Shown here: positions 24,190 through 37,549 of the stretch, in pieces | Layout: every line of letters begins with the position of its first letter | How positions within the stretch are numbered: the first letter of the stretch is position 1 | DNA from: Dicyema japonicum | Taxonomy: Eukaryota; Animalia; Dicyemida | Reading direction: 5' to 3' | NCBI GenBank assembly: GCA_011109175.1 | Contig: RDEW01000138.1 | Span: 3,269 to 42,049, forward strand | DNA length: 38,781 nucleotides | Position numbers and translations under genes: made by a program | Notes under the pieces: generated by a model | The model's database searches: none | What the model was told of the DNA's origin: nothing | Seen by the model: the letters and a program-made list of their open reading frames with translations, nothing else

Positions 24190-25860
24190 AAGCGCTTGGA
24201 AGAGCTTAAAATAACATCTTTCAATGTTAGAGGGATCAGTAAGGAATGGAAAAGAAACCTGTTATATTCAAATCTGGGGAGATATGGTGCAGACTTGGGA
24301 TGCCAACAAAAGACAAAAGTACAGGCTGGAATGGACGAGGTACATAGAGATTATAGACTCATTTGACTACCATCGTCATCAAAACACAATGGACAGGGAT
24401 TTGCTGTGCACAAGAAATTTGTTCGTGGGAGTCGTCGGTGTTATAATGTTAATGACAGAATCAGCATACTGCAAATACGGGATGGGGTCAAACGTACTTC
24501 GAGGGCCCTTATCTCAATTATAAATGTTTATGCACCCCACAGTGGACAAGTCGCCAAAGATTCGGACGAACTTGACGCTTTCTACGTGCAGCTGTAGAGG
24601 ACATATGCCGAACTGGAATCGTCTTTTCTAGTCTTTATTGCCAGAGACTGGAATGCTAAAGCAGGAGTACGTTGGGAGCATGAGTCGACTATCGCTAGAA
24701 AACATGACGAATACAGACAGGAAATGCTATTTAAAGTTGGAACGAACTAGGATACAAAGAAAAATCAGAAAATTAAACTGTGAACATGTTGCAAGCGTTT
24801 TGGATGCCAGACTAAAAAAAGTAGAAAATCAAATTAATTGTGAGCTGATGTTCTTGCTTAAAAAGAGGAACCAACATGGCAAACTAAAAATTTAGGACAA
24901 CAAAGGGAATATGATTTTTGACGCTACGGAACAAGCCGAACTTATTGCTGCTAATTTTGAACGACTCTGACGTTTACGGGGAAAAGGTGAACCTATTCAC
25001 TGGTAATGCCGGAAATCTTGTAAATGAAATGAAGGTTGGAGAAGTTATGATAGCAATAGAGAGACTGAAGTGCAATAACTCGTCAGGACCGGATGGCATA
25101 AGTGCTGAGTTACTGAAGTAAGGCCCTAAAACCCAGGTGGAAATCGTGGCCAAAGTATTAAACAAAATGTTTGCAACTAACAACCTTTTTCCTTTGGGCA
25201 AAAAAATTCTGGTGCCGATTCAATAATTGAATAAGAGGGCGGACCCTGTGGAAAACCTGCGCCCAGTAGTCCGACTCAATACGCTAAGAAAGGTCCTTGC
25301 TCTTGTGATGCTGGATCGTGTGCAAGAGCCTGTGAATGAATTCCTGTCATCGAGCCACAGTGGATTCAAGACAGGCAGATCTACCGCTGATGTGGTCTGG
25401 AGGCATAGGTGGCGTTGTGCCACTTACCAATGATTTGAAAGTGCGTCTACAATTTTGGGGATCGATATGTCGAGAGCTTTCGACATAATTCGCCGAGGAA
25501 AGCTTATTGATGTTTTGCGGGGATTCCTTAATAGGGATTCTGTCAGGATGATAGAAGTTTTATTGTCGAACACAGAACTGACGTTACGAGTTTGGAGTAC
25601 CTCGTCCAGGAATTTTTCGACGACTGTGGTTTCCCCATTGCTGTTTGTGGTATACCTGGAAGCAGCACTGCGTGGTCTTAAAAGTTTTTATAATGGCCAA
25701 ATCACCGAAATTATATATGCTGATGATGTGGACTTGGTATCGGAAGATAAAGCAGCCTTGAGGCGGTTACTTTACGTTGCCCCTGCAGAACTTGGGAAAT
25801 GGTTTCTTACAGTGAATACAACTAAAACTGAAATNATTTTAGGGAGATCCACTAGTAATT
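24190..25860 (+). mobile_element. Decayed RTE-like LINE (APE endonuclease plus RT), 3' truncated
   Basis: KITSFNVRG, IINVYAPHS and FIARDWNAKAG (endonuclease). EVMIAIERLKCNNSSGPDGISAELLK, ENLRPV, SGFKTGRSTAD, GIDMSRAFD, SPLLFVVYLE, IIYADDVDL and VNTTKTE (RT). Multiple stops. Confidence 0.9.
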
Positions 25861-27049
25861 TGAGTAGGTATCGGTGAGAAAATCGAATTCCCAGTTAAAT
25901 TGGAGTATCCTTTCGTTAGTTGGTAGAAGTTAAAAAACACACATGGTTTCATCGTTGTACCCATCCTGATTCTAGACAAGATGGAGCAGTCCTCATCAAT
26001 AAAAACTCGTCTGAGCAGTTATTATAAATATCCGCTCTCATTGATCTCCTCCTTTATTCTCAAGTTCCGACTATACTGAGCGTTTTAGAATTCTTGGTGC
26101 ACTCTGCTCGGGCATGTCAATGGACTCAATATCCTTCACGTCTTCGTTATGCTTCTGGCACCGTCATCCAGTTTCTTTGAACGTCCTCCTGTTTTGTCTG
26201 AGAATGAGTGAATTATGTTACTTCTATTTTGTTGAACCGTTCAAATTCGATGGCATAGGATTCCGGATTGTAGTCGTTCCAACAGTCTCGTTTTTTCATA
26301 AAATTGACAACGGTATGTCCGCCGTCAGGTATTATTAATTAGCGAACACCTTCTTTGTAATCTTAGGGTTAGTTTTTCGCGGTCTCTAGGAAATAACGAA
26401 TACCGATTAAACATCAAAGAAGTCCTTCTGCTTATGTGTCGTGGCACCACAGATCTCGTAGGACCCAGGTATAAACTATCCATATAGTGTACCTCATTTT
26501 TCTCTCATTGTTTTTGGTATGTATCAATTTCTATATTTGGCTAATTTAGCTGTTAGAGTTGATTGATTAACAACTCCATAAACAAAAAACAATATATGAA
26601 TTGATTTTTAATTATTTATTTTAATAATTATTATTTTTATTTATATAAATTATAATAAAAAACTGAATGAATGGATAAATTTTCATTATAATTAAAAAAC
26701 TGAATGAATGGATAAACTGCGCGTGGCGCCATGCGGTGCTACGTGGATAGTTGTATTTTCCTTCCCTCCAATGGCGTCACTGGATCACCTTACTGAGGAG
26801 CGCCCAATGCCTGGACGGCATCAAGAAGATCCAACAATTATTCCCCGGGGACAACGTCGTTGCCTGGTGACGTGTTCTGGAATGCTTGAACGAGTAGGAT
26901 CAAGGAGTTAGTTAGTATGGTTACCCTTGGTCTTTGGAAATAATTTTAATTTTTAATTTTAATTATAAAATAAATTGAGTAAGGTTAGATGTAAAAGGGT
27001 AGCTGAAATACCATGGTGCCCGTCTCGATAGGCCTGAACTTATAATTTT

Positions 27050-27600
27050 CTGTTTAATCTTCGATAAACTTTGCATACGAAGGTGTTTTTAATACAGAAT
27101 TCTGATATTTTTTATTCCTCAGTTTCATTCAATGGTCTCAATTATTTCTCTTGTCTCAATAAAACTCGCGTCAGACCTCATATAGATGCAAATTTATAAC
27201 GGATCGTCTTGTCTTTTCCGGCATAAAAAAATTTTCTCTCTCCTCGGAAAAAAATTCATCTATTACATCCATATAAGAGTGATATCAATAATGGTGGCCT
27301 CGTTTATATAGCCAAACAGCATTGTAGAGGCATGAAACCTTCGATCAGAAAGGGTAGGAATGAGATTCGACACGGAATCCAACTGAATTTAGTTAGCAGT
27401 TGTCAAGCTGCGGTATTTAGCTCAAGTGAAACATACAAATCGGGATCATCTGACCGCCTTGTATTCTGGCTAATTTGTCGGTGTTTCTTGGTTTTACGTA
27501 TAAACTTTATATTAATCTATAGGAAGGATAGAGATATGAATCTTTCCCAATAATCCAATTTCAAGGCAAACCTGACAACAGTCTACCAAATCCGTTTAAA
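27050..27600 (-). mobile_element. Possible decayed LINE post-RT C-terminal region
   Basis: Minus-strand LLISLLYGCN resembles the LLYGCE motif of RTE-like elements. Otherwise very degraded. Confidence 0.35.
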
Positions 27601-27699
27601 ACAAAAAATTGGAATATCGGTAACCCTATTATCCCTTCATTTGTTCATTTAATAATTCATTTATAGACACTATTTTATGTTCTGGTGGATTATGTAAAT

Positions 27700-28100
27700 T
27701 ATTAAACCGCAACAAAAAGTCTTTCCACTTTCTTTATAAACAAATTATATCAGTTATAGAAGAACGGGAAGCTCCTTTTGAAGAGTATCAAAAAACTGGA
27801 TTCACTTCTATGAATTTCCGAATTGTGATGAGGTAATCAAAAGTGATTACAAATAGTTTGAATGTTCCACCAAAAATCCCATCGTTTTCAGAAAAATTTG
27901 ACATAAAATCAATTGGTTTTTTTTCCTCTGAGTTGAACTGGATTCCTCCATTGAATGATATTGTTTCCAAATGGGTTATCTGGTTTTTTGCAGAAACTTT
28001 CGAAATCCGATTTGTAAATTCTTCTGGGAGGGAAGTGACTAGGGTAGAACTCTCTAAGGAAGGAAGAAGACGGAATATTTTCCGTTAGTTTGAGTTGATT
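27700..28100 (-). mobile_element. Possible decayed LINE RT N-terminal region
   Basis: IQFNSEEKKPIDFMSNFSENDGIFG followed by SKGASRS, loosely matching EV...I..L...S.G.DGI and KKG.RS..NYRP. Confidence 0.3.
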
Positions 28101-28489
28101 TCTTTTTATTTTTGAAAAGGAAAAGCAAATCTCACTGCGGATCAGGCTTATTTTAGCGTCAAATTAATGTTGGAAGTATCATCGAAGATCCTGTGATTTC
28201 TAACTGCGTGAATAGGGAAGTCGTCAAAAAATATCTTGAGATACGCATGAAGCCAAGCTTGGGGAAACATAATTAAGCTTCGAGGTAAACGTAAAGATTA
28301 ATGATTATTCTTATGCAAAAGATTATTGGATTCTTTACTTACTTCCTCTTATTATTATTGATTCTTTGCTTGTTAGATGCTTGGTAAGGAAGAATGTCTG
28401 GATTTGTCATTTATTAATGTTGGCAGTTTTCTCTATAAGTGGATGACTTACATTAAATGAAATAAATCTATTATTTTTTTCGGATTAAT

Positions 28490-29440
28490 AATTATTAAAT
28501 TTTTTCTATACATTAGTATTGTATAATAAATCATATTTAAAAATATATAAATTTAAATGAATTGTGATCTTGTTGAGCATCTTCTTTCTTTTCTTGAAAG
28601 TGAAGGTATAATTCAAAACATAATTAAATTATAGACCTAAACGTAATTATAATCAACTAAACCACATTTTCACCAACCTGATAGAAAACCATTCAGATTA
28701 CAAGTACTTAATAAACTTCTTCTATTCACACAGTGTTCTTATATTTCCAAAATGAGCTATTGGATTTATCAAATTCTGTCAAATTCCACCGGTTTTGCAC
28801 TCAATGATTTGTCAACCCAACGGATTTTTGTAGTTTAGTACGCATTTAAGTTCTGCCAGTACCTAATTATAATTACGTTGTTAGAGATTCCGGTCTGCTT
28901 GCAAATGTAGGAATAATCGATTACCAAATTCGATGTCTACTGTCCATTCATATCAACTCGGCTTCTGTTGTTTTTATCGCGGAATCTTGAACAAGTAGTA
29001 CTTTAAAGTAAGAAAGTTAGATTTTTGTCGTCAAGCTGAGACTTGTCCCAAGTTTGGTTGACCACGATTGGCATGATGGCTACAAAAAAGGTGAATGTTT
29101 TCGAGAACTTTGTAGATAAACTAATTATATGATATGAACGATTCCCAATCACTTTGGTGAACCAGCTTATTCAAGTAAATGAAATTTTTAATTTATATCG
29201 AGTATCATCCAAGAAATGGACGAGCTCATCGAAGATATATGAACGACAAACCTTTCCGATGATCAGCACAATCTTTAGACTTCAAGTTAAAAACTTTGAA
29301 CCGGATGAAAGCACCTCGTGAGCTTCATTTGGATTATTCTCTAAGAAATGCCATTGTGAAGTTTCTCAGCAGCTTTTGAACCCCATGTATGCTGCCAGCA
29401 CGTGGTTTGAATGTCTAATTAATGACTACATTGATCATCT
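28490..29440 (-). mobile_element. Decayed CR1/L2-like LINE 3' fragment, copy 1
   Basis: Homologous, with internal deletions, to 37550-38632. The repeat is directly visible; the LINE call rests on degenerate RT motifs. Confidence 0.5.
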
Positions 29441-30974
29441 GATTATAAAGTCAGGATAACAGCAATTCAACCTTGCAGATGATTATGGGAGACCAATAAA
29501 ACACTAATATCTATTTTTAACCAGGAACTGAAAATATTGGAAAGAAACATGAAAATAAAGTTTCAATTTACGTATGGGTAATTTTTATTCTTTGTGGATA
29601 TATGAAGCGTTGTACGTGAACGAGATGTTTCTACGAATTCCTCCATAATGATGGCGCGTCTTGATCCATTCTTAGAACAGTTTCCAGTGCTCATCATGAT
29701 CAGGATGCTTAGAAATCTAGCCGAGCATTTTTTGTACAATTTTCCAATCCTGAAACGCATTGGATACCTCAGTCCCAAGAGAAACCTAAGTTTCTTTTTA
29801 TGAAAGGAGTTGTCTATTTCCATCAGGTTCGATTAAAGTTACGGAGCGATGGTTTATGGAAAGGTCACTGCCTCAGGAATTCTTAATCCGTAACAACCGA
29901 AGGATGTGTCCATGTGACTACGAGCAACCAGTTATACGGCCGATATTGCTTGTGTAGGCTATTGGGAGGAGCATCGGGCCAAGTTGAGGTATCTGTTGGA
30001 ACGATACTGGATCACGTTCGTTGTTAGTTTTGTGTTACCCTAGTCATTGGAATTCCTCACTTCATTCGAATAACGTCCGGATGCTAAGTGGTTTGACTGG
30101 CATACCTGTATCAATGATCTTTGTTTAAATCGGAGGTTTTACTATGCGCTTTGCTTTACTTTTTTTGCGCTAAGTGCCTCGAGCATTCTCCCAGTTCCAA
30201 GAAGGTATAAATAAAAATCATTTGCTCTTCTCTATTTAATTGAGTATTTCTTGAGCGGTTCTTACTTCTCCGTTATAAAAAGGGTTCTGTGCTCGAAAAG
30301 CCTTGTCTTTCTCTTACAGTGGCCGGAGAAACTGGCTGGTTCTAACTTCACGGTGAACTCGGGGTTAATAAAATTAGTATGCCACAAGGTCAATACATCA
30401 AACTAATCACCACGGTTTTAGAATGCTCGAGTTACACCGAGAAATGCAAACAGATAAATCTGTCGACATTGACTCTTTTTAAAATTTAAAAGAATTTCAA
30501 TAGCATATAAACCCGAGGAACTATTAAAAACTGGATTACATTATAAACTCATTCCATCGAAAAACATTGCAGAATCATATATCAGGGTTACAAAAATTTG
30601 ACTGATCATTTCAGTTTAACGCATATTCTATGCTATTTTCCTTGAATATTAATATTTGTTTTCCTTACGATTGTCTCTTCCGACTTTAAAGTAAAAGCAA
30701 AATCCTTATTAGGCAACTCAACCAGAATACACCCTGAGTTTTCCTTATACCAATGATAATTTTGTTGCTATGGCAATTTATATAGGAATTATTTACTTGT
30801 GATTCCAAAATAAAACCACCAATTTTACCTGGGAGTCCTATACATTTAGTCAGTTTGATGTAACCGTGGTAATGGTATTATTATTAGAGGCGTAAGAAAA
30901 GCACCGGACTCCTATTTGCTAGTGAAGGTGGGATAACTATCTTATTATTTCATAATAATTCTCAATTATGCCAG

Positions 30975-31202
30975 GTTAGTTGGGCCAATGCGGGCGATAA
31001 AAACGCCGAAGTTCTAGACAGTAGTCTGTTTGCCCCTATTCGAAAAGTTTGCTGCACAACTGACGCATCCACCTTAGCGATGGTTGAAGGCGGGACTTTG
31101 TAATAATTCAAGAACGGACACTAAGAACGGTATTGTGTACCGTGTATACGGTTCCTTTTTTTCTTCTTCGGCGTTTTTATCGCCCGCATTGGCCCAACTA
31201 AC
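30975..31202. mobile_element. MITE-like foldback with perfect 37-bp terminal inverted repeats
   Basis: GTTAGTTGGGCCAATGCGGGCGATAAAAACGCCGAAG (30975-31011) is the exact reverse complement of 31166-31202. The 154-bp interior has no recognisable coding capacity. Confidence 0.65.
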
Positions 31203-32899
31203 ACGGATTAATTTCAAATTCTAACATTGAACATTCATAATACGTTTTAAAAACTCGCAATCCTTCAGTAATACAACAAATTTACAGAATTGTCACGCGG
31301 TCGATTGGGAACAGAAGATTTCACACTTCCTTTTTTCTACAGTAAAATGATAAACCGACAATTCTTTCGTAGTCTATTAAAAGGCCACAAATTTCAGCCA
31401 AAAATGTCTGAATCGACTCCATTCGTCCTTTTGTGGGTGATTATCCTCAAAGTTTGATCCTTTTGTGTACCATAGTCCAAATATACAACTGGCTATAACG
31501 AAGGCAGTAGTTTTAGTAATCTTTTCAGGCACATTCCGACTGATCACATAATGTAAACAAATACCAATTTCCGTAAAAAAGCCTCCTCAAATACAACACG
31601 TTTAAATTCCGATAAAACTTCCTAGCAAAATAATTCAATCACAAACCACGAAGACACAACGATCGTATGATTCCACCAACTTCACTAAATTATTTGCTGG
31701 AATCATCTAAATTAGCCAATATATCAATTACTAAAGTCTGAGCAATCCGTTGAAAAGGAAATGAAATCTCAGTGACCTGTAATATTTACACAAAATAACA
31801 AAGAGAAATCCACTATAGAGCATAAATGACCAATCTAAAGGAACGACCAAGGTTGAATTGAGTCCTTTAACAAAACAAGCGTCATAGCAGAGAATGCTGG
31901 GTAACTCCGTACAATCGAAGGTCTTTTTCGCTTTGAAAGAATCATCCTCAATTCAAAAGATACCAAATAGCACAGATATTCCGTCCCCGATACGTCTTCA
32001 CAGACGAACGCCTTTTCCGCCTTATTTGTACAACTAAACACATTTATTAATAAATTTACGTCTTCTCATTCCACACCCTCTCGAGACATAATTGAGGGAT
32101 AACGCTCTTTGGGTGGTCTGAGAGCTGAAAGAATGAAGAGAAATTTTGAATACTAGAGGCAGAGAGTCACCTGGAGAGAGAGACGTCAGTGCTGTGCTGA
32201 ATAATTGATTTAAGGCTCTTTCTAATGGAGGGAAAGGAAGAAGAAAAAATAGCCAGTTGTTGCATGATAGACTGGGTTAGATTAGATGGTTGAGATATGG
32301 AAAGAAGATCATGATGAATAATTGGTAGCGTAATACATATTACATGCACGTGAGTAGAACAGTCGTATAGTAGGACAAAGGGATGGTTAGGATAAGTGAA
32401 AATAATACTATAATGGTCGTGTGAGAAGTATTCTACTCGTTGAGAGCTAGTTCATCAAGGGGGTGAGAAAGACTAAACAAAGTGGGGAATCTATTTTCGG
32501 AAAATGCAATTTTTGCCTCCAAGGGTTCTTATTATCATCCTGTTATTTTTATTGAGTGCCATTGGTTGTAAAATGAATGGTCTGGAGATTTAAATCTATA
32601 AAAGAATCGAAGGTCGAGCATGAGAGTGATCAATGAGTACTTTTGACTCCCATGCATTTAGTTGATTGGAGCAGTTTCAAGTCAGTCGGTAATTGTCCTT
32701 GGGAGAATTTTGAAACCTCTGTCATTTTTAGAGATTTTTTATTTATATACAAAAACCCAGGTAAATACTAGTAATTCAACGTCATTCGGATAAACTTTTT
32801 TGTAAAAATCTATTATGATCATCTTGCTCTTCTCAAAATATGTATCTACCATTAGTTGGCCGATGACCTTAGTTTTTATGCAGTTTCAGTCACTTTTCT

Positions 32900-34500
32900 T
32901 CAAGCGACTTAGCTAAATAAAGGTATAGGACAATTTTAATTAAACCAACATCTTTGTGTTGAGACTATGGATAAGAATATGCCAACATCATATGTCAATA
33001 TAAGACTGCTGTACTAATTCAGATGCTGTTACTGGGTCCCAAAAGTAATATGACCACACATTGTTGCAATGTTGAATTAACTATGGTATTACGATGTAGT
33101 AACTCTAACAAACTCATAGAATAAATGGCTGATATCCACAATCCACGTGACCTAACTAGGTATCTAGCTTTCATTTCTATAGTATAAATCGATGTTGAAA
33201 AATAAAAAACAAAATCCATTGGATTTATCTTTTCTTATGTCTTTTAACCGTTAAAGAATAATCAAACTCTAACATTTTTAGACATTGGATCTCATATTCC
33301 AAAACGTGTAGACAGATCTCAGATATACTTATATCGAACTTCACGATGGCAAATAATTCTGTAATTGCCATATGGAATGTGTTAAAAATGTTGAATTAAG
33401 CGGATACATGGAAGACCTGGTGTCCCTTTGATTCAGTGTCGAGTTGAAAAGTTGTAATTAATTTATTGTTTTAAAGTTGAATATCTTCAAATTGCTACTT
33501 CGATTCCAGTTTAGATGAAGCAATCAAATAAATAATTTTTGAATAGAAAGTTTCCTTTCCTTACAATTGGATTCACTTTATTTTGGAGTCTCCCAATGCC
33601 TGATGGAATTTAAATTCACTCTACCTCAGACAATTCGTTCCTTGGCGACAACTTTTGGAATTGACCTTAGCTTCTAGTCTTCTGGATCACAGTGCTTGAG
33701 TGAGGGTTCTGCTGGAACGCGCCAGGATTAAGGAATTAGTTAGTTTGCTTTATTTTGATCTTCGGAATAGCGAAGAAGACTAGTCTTGATGAGAAGAAGT
33801 TAGAATGTAAGGACGAAAGCCATAATATTATAGTAGCTAGAGAGCGATGATCATTTGTGGAAAGTAGAAATTTGATAATCATTCATTCCGCATAGATGAG
33901 GAATACAGATCTGGATGTGAATATAAAAGAAAGACTTATAAATCCACTTTCATATCATTATTTGGTGGAGATCAACCTGATTTGAAGTCAGTAAATACAG
34001 ACTTTATAAAGTACTTTCCAAATCTTACTCCAGATTAGAGTGGAGTCAAAAACTGAGCAAGTTGAGGAAGAAAAGAGCGTTGAAGCAATTTACGAGCGGA
34101 GAATGCTTCTGACACGTGAAATACTCGAGAGGTCAAAAGAAAGTAGGAAGCCGAGACTAAAATATAGGAAGAAGGCAAAGAGAGTTAATATGAGTTACAA
34201 GAGAAAGAGCAAAGGTTTTTGTACCGTCTCATTGTTGAAATTCAACGGAATAACAGGAAAATTCTGCACAAGTGGAGAAAAAGAAAGAATTGGAGAGGTT
34301 TTAAATCCAACGTCAGAAATCACTAAGGTCCAGAGGTAGTCGACGTTAAGGATGATTGCAGAATCAAACCGAGGGGATGCCTCAATTGAATTAGCTATAT
34401 GTGGCTTATGGACATATGTTATGAGAATGAGGAGGTGGCATATGATGATGGAAGATCTGTGAATTGAGAAGGCAACACCATGAAGAAATTGATTCACTTT
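32900..34500 (-). mobile_element. Possible highly decayed APE-type LINE
   Basis: Minus-strand AIILNVDYLW (GDFN..W-like) near 34350 and TAVLIDI*CWHILIHSL (AVxLDI.KAFD.VWH-like) near 32970, in LINE order. Confidence 0.3.
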
Positions 34501-35249
34501 GTCAAAAATTGATGTGCCTTTTGTGTTACAATTTGCGGAGTGAAATCGACTTGTTAATTTTCTGAGAATATTGGTGCGTTGAAATGTTTCTCGTTGATTC
34601 TAGAAAAACTCTTCTACAACTCGTATGGAAAGAGAAAGTGACCATGAATAAATTCACCGGACTTTTTTATATTTTAGAGAGAAAAATGAGATAAACATTT
34701 GGCTGCTAATCAAGTAAAAATCATATAAATGGAATGCGATGATTAAAAAAACTTTACTTAATTTAAAATTTTATTATTATATGATTGTCATATGTTTCGT
34801 ATTACTTTGAAGTGCATAAACCGTCTCAAAAGGAATAATTTCATCTCCAAAAACGTGGGTGAAAGGACTCGAAAACGATATAGGTGGACAAAAGCGTATA
34901 TTGTCGGCTTTTTTCAATCATACGTCAAAGATGACATCTTTTCTGCACAAGTTGAATGAGTTATGAAGATCCTATTTGAAAAGGGTCATATCTTAAGCTC
35001 CAGATGATAGTTGGTGAACTCCTTAACCACATGGACGCCCCCACTTTGCATCCACGTGTGACTCTCACGTTTGAGCTGTAGTGGATGCAAGTCGTCAGAA
35101 CTAATTGCAATGATTGACGACTAGCAATCTTTCCAGAAACATTGCCATCAGTAATAGAACGAATTCCGCCGTCTTTCTCCCCTCAATCATGTCCCCAATC
35201 TAGTTAGATTAGTTTTTGATTAAAATCAGAGATTGTCCCTGAAAGCAAG

Positions 35250-36300
35250 GTTTTCATAAAATCCATAACTCTCCTGATAGAAGAATAGTTGGCTGGCCAA
35301 CAGATTTAGAACGAAGGTTCATAGTTGTCATGGCTTAATTTAATCAACTCCCTTACTACTGCTCTTTTGGAATGATTGTATGGTATCACGAAGTTTAGAG
35401 AAAGATACGTCGCCCAGAAAAAGATATCAGATGCCCTACTAATCACTCAACAAAAATCAGATGCTTAAACCAGCTTGCAAAGAGAGACTGTACCTACCTC
35501 GAAACATGCTAGGGAGAGGATTATGCTCGATCTCCTTCCTCAGTAAGAGAATGTTATTTGGTTTTCTGAACAATTTGAAAGGAAGAAGTACTTGTTGGAG
35601 AAAAGTTCCGCTATTCTTCAGGCCGCAACCTTAAGTAAAACTCATATGGCTATCATTGAAGAATTTTTGCGGGAGAAGTACTCTGTTGACAAAACATTTA
35701 TCCTGGATAGTAAATTTTTGATTGACCTGCAAAGAGAAAACTTAAAGAAACAAATAAGTACGAGTCTTCATTCGCAAGTGTACAAAAACCTATCGAAAGA
35801 ATTTGTAAACACTGAATTTTTTTTCTGTGGCTAGCAAAAGGGAACAACTCTCCAAAATCGGAAGCCTTGTTCTGTTTAGACAGGACAGAAATCTCTTTTT
35901 TGGAGAACTGAACAAGATTTGCACCTTGTGTATAAATGGAAGAAAACCGTGGATAATTGTGCTACAAGATGTGGCACGGAGATTACGTCAGAAGACATAA
36001 TGAAATCGTACGGTGCCTTCATTTCTATTTTTGCAAAGAATTCGATCTCAAAAACGAAAAAGATTAGAAACCCACTCAGTGCAAACAATTTAGATGAATG
36101 ATTTGGTAGAGATAAACTTGATTCTTTCATCAAAACCGATATAAACATTGAACACAACAAGCCAGATTTATTTATCCAAGATAAAAAGAGAATTCAAAGA
36201 CAGTTGATTGAAGTGGGTATAACATCAATCCAAAATCTCCAACAAGTAGAATTCAAAAAATTGAGAAAGTATGACATTTTATTGAGAAAGTATGACACGT
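35250..36300 (+). mobile_element. Decayed RLE-type non-LTR retrotransposon, post-RT, zinc knuckle and restriction-like endonuclease region
   Basis: KERLYLPRNMLGRGL, KTHMAIIEEFLREKY, KKTVDNCATRC and IKTDINIEHNKPDLFIQDKKR...LIEVGITSIQNLQQVEFKKLRKYDIL (PD..D/EVG RLE motif). Confidence 0.85.
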
Positions 36301-36339
36301 CTCCCTGATTGGAAGACGATAGGAGTAAATAAAGTATAC

Positions 36340-36950
36340 TAACCAGAAAACAATTCATGATTGGACGGCACTGGAACAACTTATTTGATCCCATAGCTGG
36401 ACAACCATCAGTCTGCTGCAGATTATCGACCGATAACCTACATCCAACCCTGTATAAGCTGATGACCAAATTTGTGGCTAATGAGGTTCGGATGTTTGTA
36501 GAGGCAAATAGAATTCTCTCCGATAATCAATTGGGTATTTTGCGAATTTGTCATGACAAAAGAGCTGGCTTTGGTCAACAAATGCCTTTCTGTGTCTTAT
36601 GAAACTCACTATTGTCATGTGGGTGGACGTGAAAAAGGCTTACGATTAAGTTGATTCTCTGTTCGGAGTCATTTAGTCGCCGCTTCAATGTTCGGTTTGA
36701 GCAAATACCAGGTAATTGTGAGGGTGTTTATTTCATTACAAATCAACTTTTTACCTGAAGATGTATACTCGAACAGCCGAGGAGCTCTACTCTATTGGGG
36801 TATGTGCCGATGAGTTCTTTGAGAGTATAGGACTAGATTTAAATTATTCCAAATCTGCGACTAACACGGAAGTATGTAGTGAGTTAGCAAGAGTCCTAGA
36901 AGAACACTGATAAGTATTTGGGTGTTAATGAAACTCCAAAGTCCCTTATA
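36340..36950 (+). mobile_element. RT fragment of an RLE-type non-LTR retrotransposon
   Basis: PTLYKLMTKFVANEVRMFVEANRILSDNQLG, MWVDVKKAYD and later KYLGV. It lies downstream of the endonuclease piece, so it is a separate or rearranged copy. Confidence 0.75.
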
Positions 36951-37119
36951 ATGCTTGAGAAAAGCTACAAATTACTGAGGGCATTCGTAAAAGAGCTGCG
37001 TCAACAATAACTCATAACGTTACACAACTATTCTATGATAAAAAGTTACTCAATGTTCATATTAACTTGTTTTTGGTTATTACGATTATGTCTTACGTGA
37101 AAATTGTAATTATTGAATT

Positions 37120-37199
37120 GTAAAGGTTCCGCAAAAAATAAATTAACCCAAAAGTAACCCAAAAAGGTTCCGCGAGAACCTTAAAGTTGAGAGCCACTG
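37120..37199 (-). mobile_element. Solo hAT-like terminus
   Basis: Reverse complement CAGTGGCTCTCAACTTTAAGGTTCTCGCGGAACC with a repeated GGTTCCGC subterminal motif. No partner end found in the window. Confidence 0.5.
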
Positions 37200-37549
37200 C
37201 TTTATGCTATCACGATAGCAAATCCTGTTTCCCCTCACTGCAAGCAGACTTTTTTAAACACTGTGTCTAATGAAAGTCCAGTAGAGTGACGTAGGAGTTA
37301 TCGGACTAGATGACTGTAGCTCGAAAGCGACGGGCGATTCCTAATGGTATACGGATGGCCGATTCTTAAAGCCGATATTAGTCAACTCCTCCTAGACTTG
37401 AAGGAGGTTCACATTGTGTATATTAGTGGTGACTAGACTATTTGTCTCAACCGGTAATCGTTACTTTTGGTCATGCGGTTAAACGGATCTAACGGTTAAA
37501 TCGATATACGTATCGTTATCAACCTGGAGTCGTTGTTAACTGGTCAAAT

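Noticed and set aside
25870-26400. Possible gag-like relic on the minus strand
   Set aside because: Many stops, no zinc knuckle or LTR seen. Too degraded to support.
29563-30480. Possible Ty3/gypsy protease (IIDTG) or integrase (HYGGIRR) relic on the minus strand
   Set aside because: Isolated short matches without RT or RNase H between them, and no LTRs.
34040-34339. 99-aa basic plus-strand ORF and overlapping 100-aa minus-strand ORF
   Set aside because: Non-ATG or unsupported starts, no recognisable domain, and the region reads better as a decayed minus-strand LINE endonuclease.
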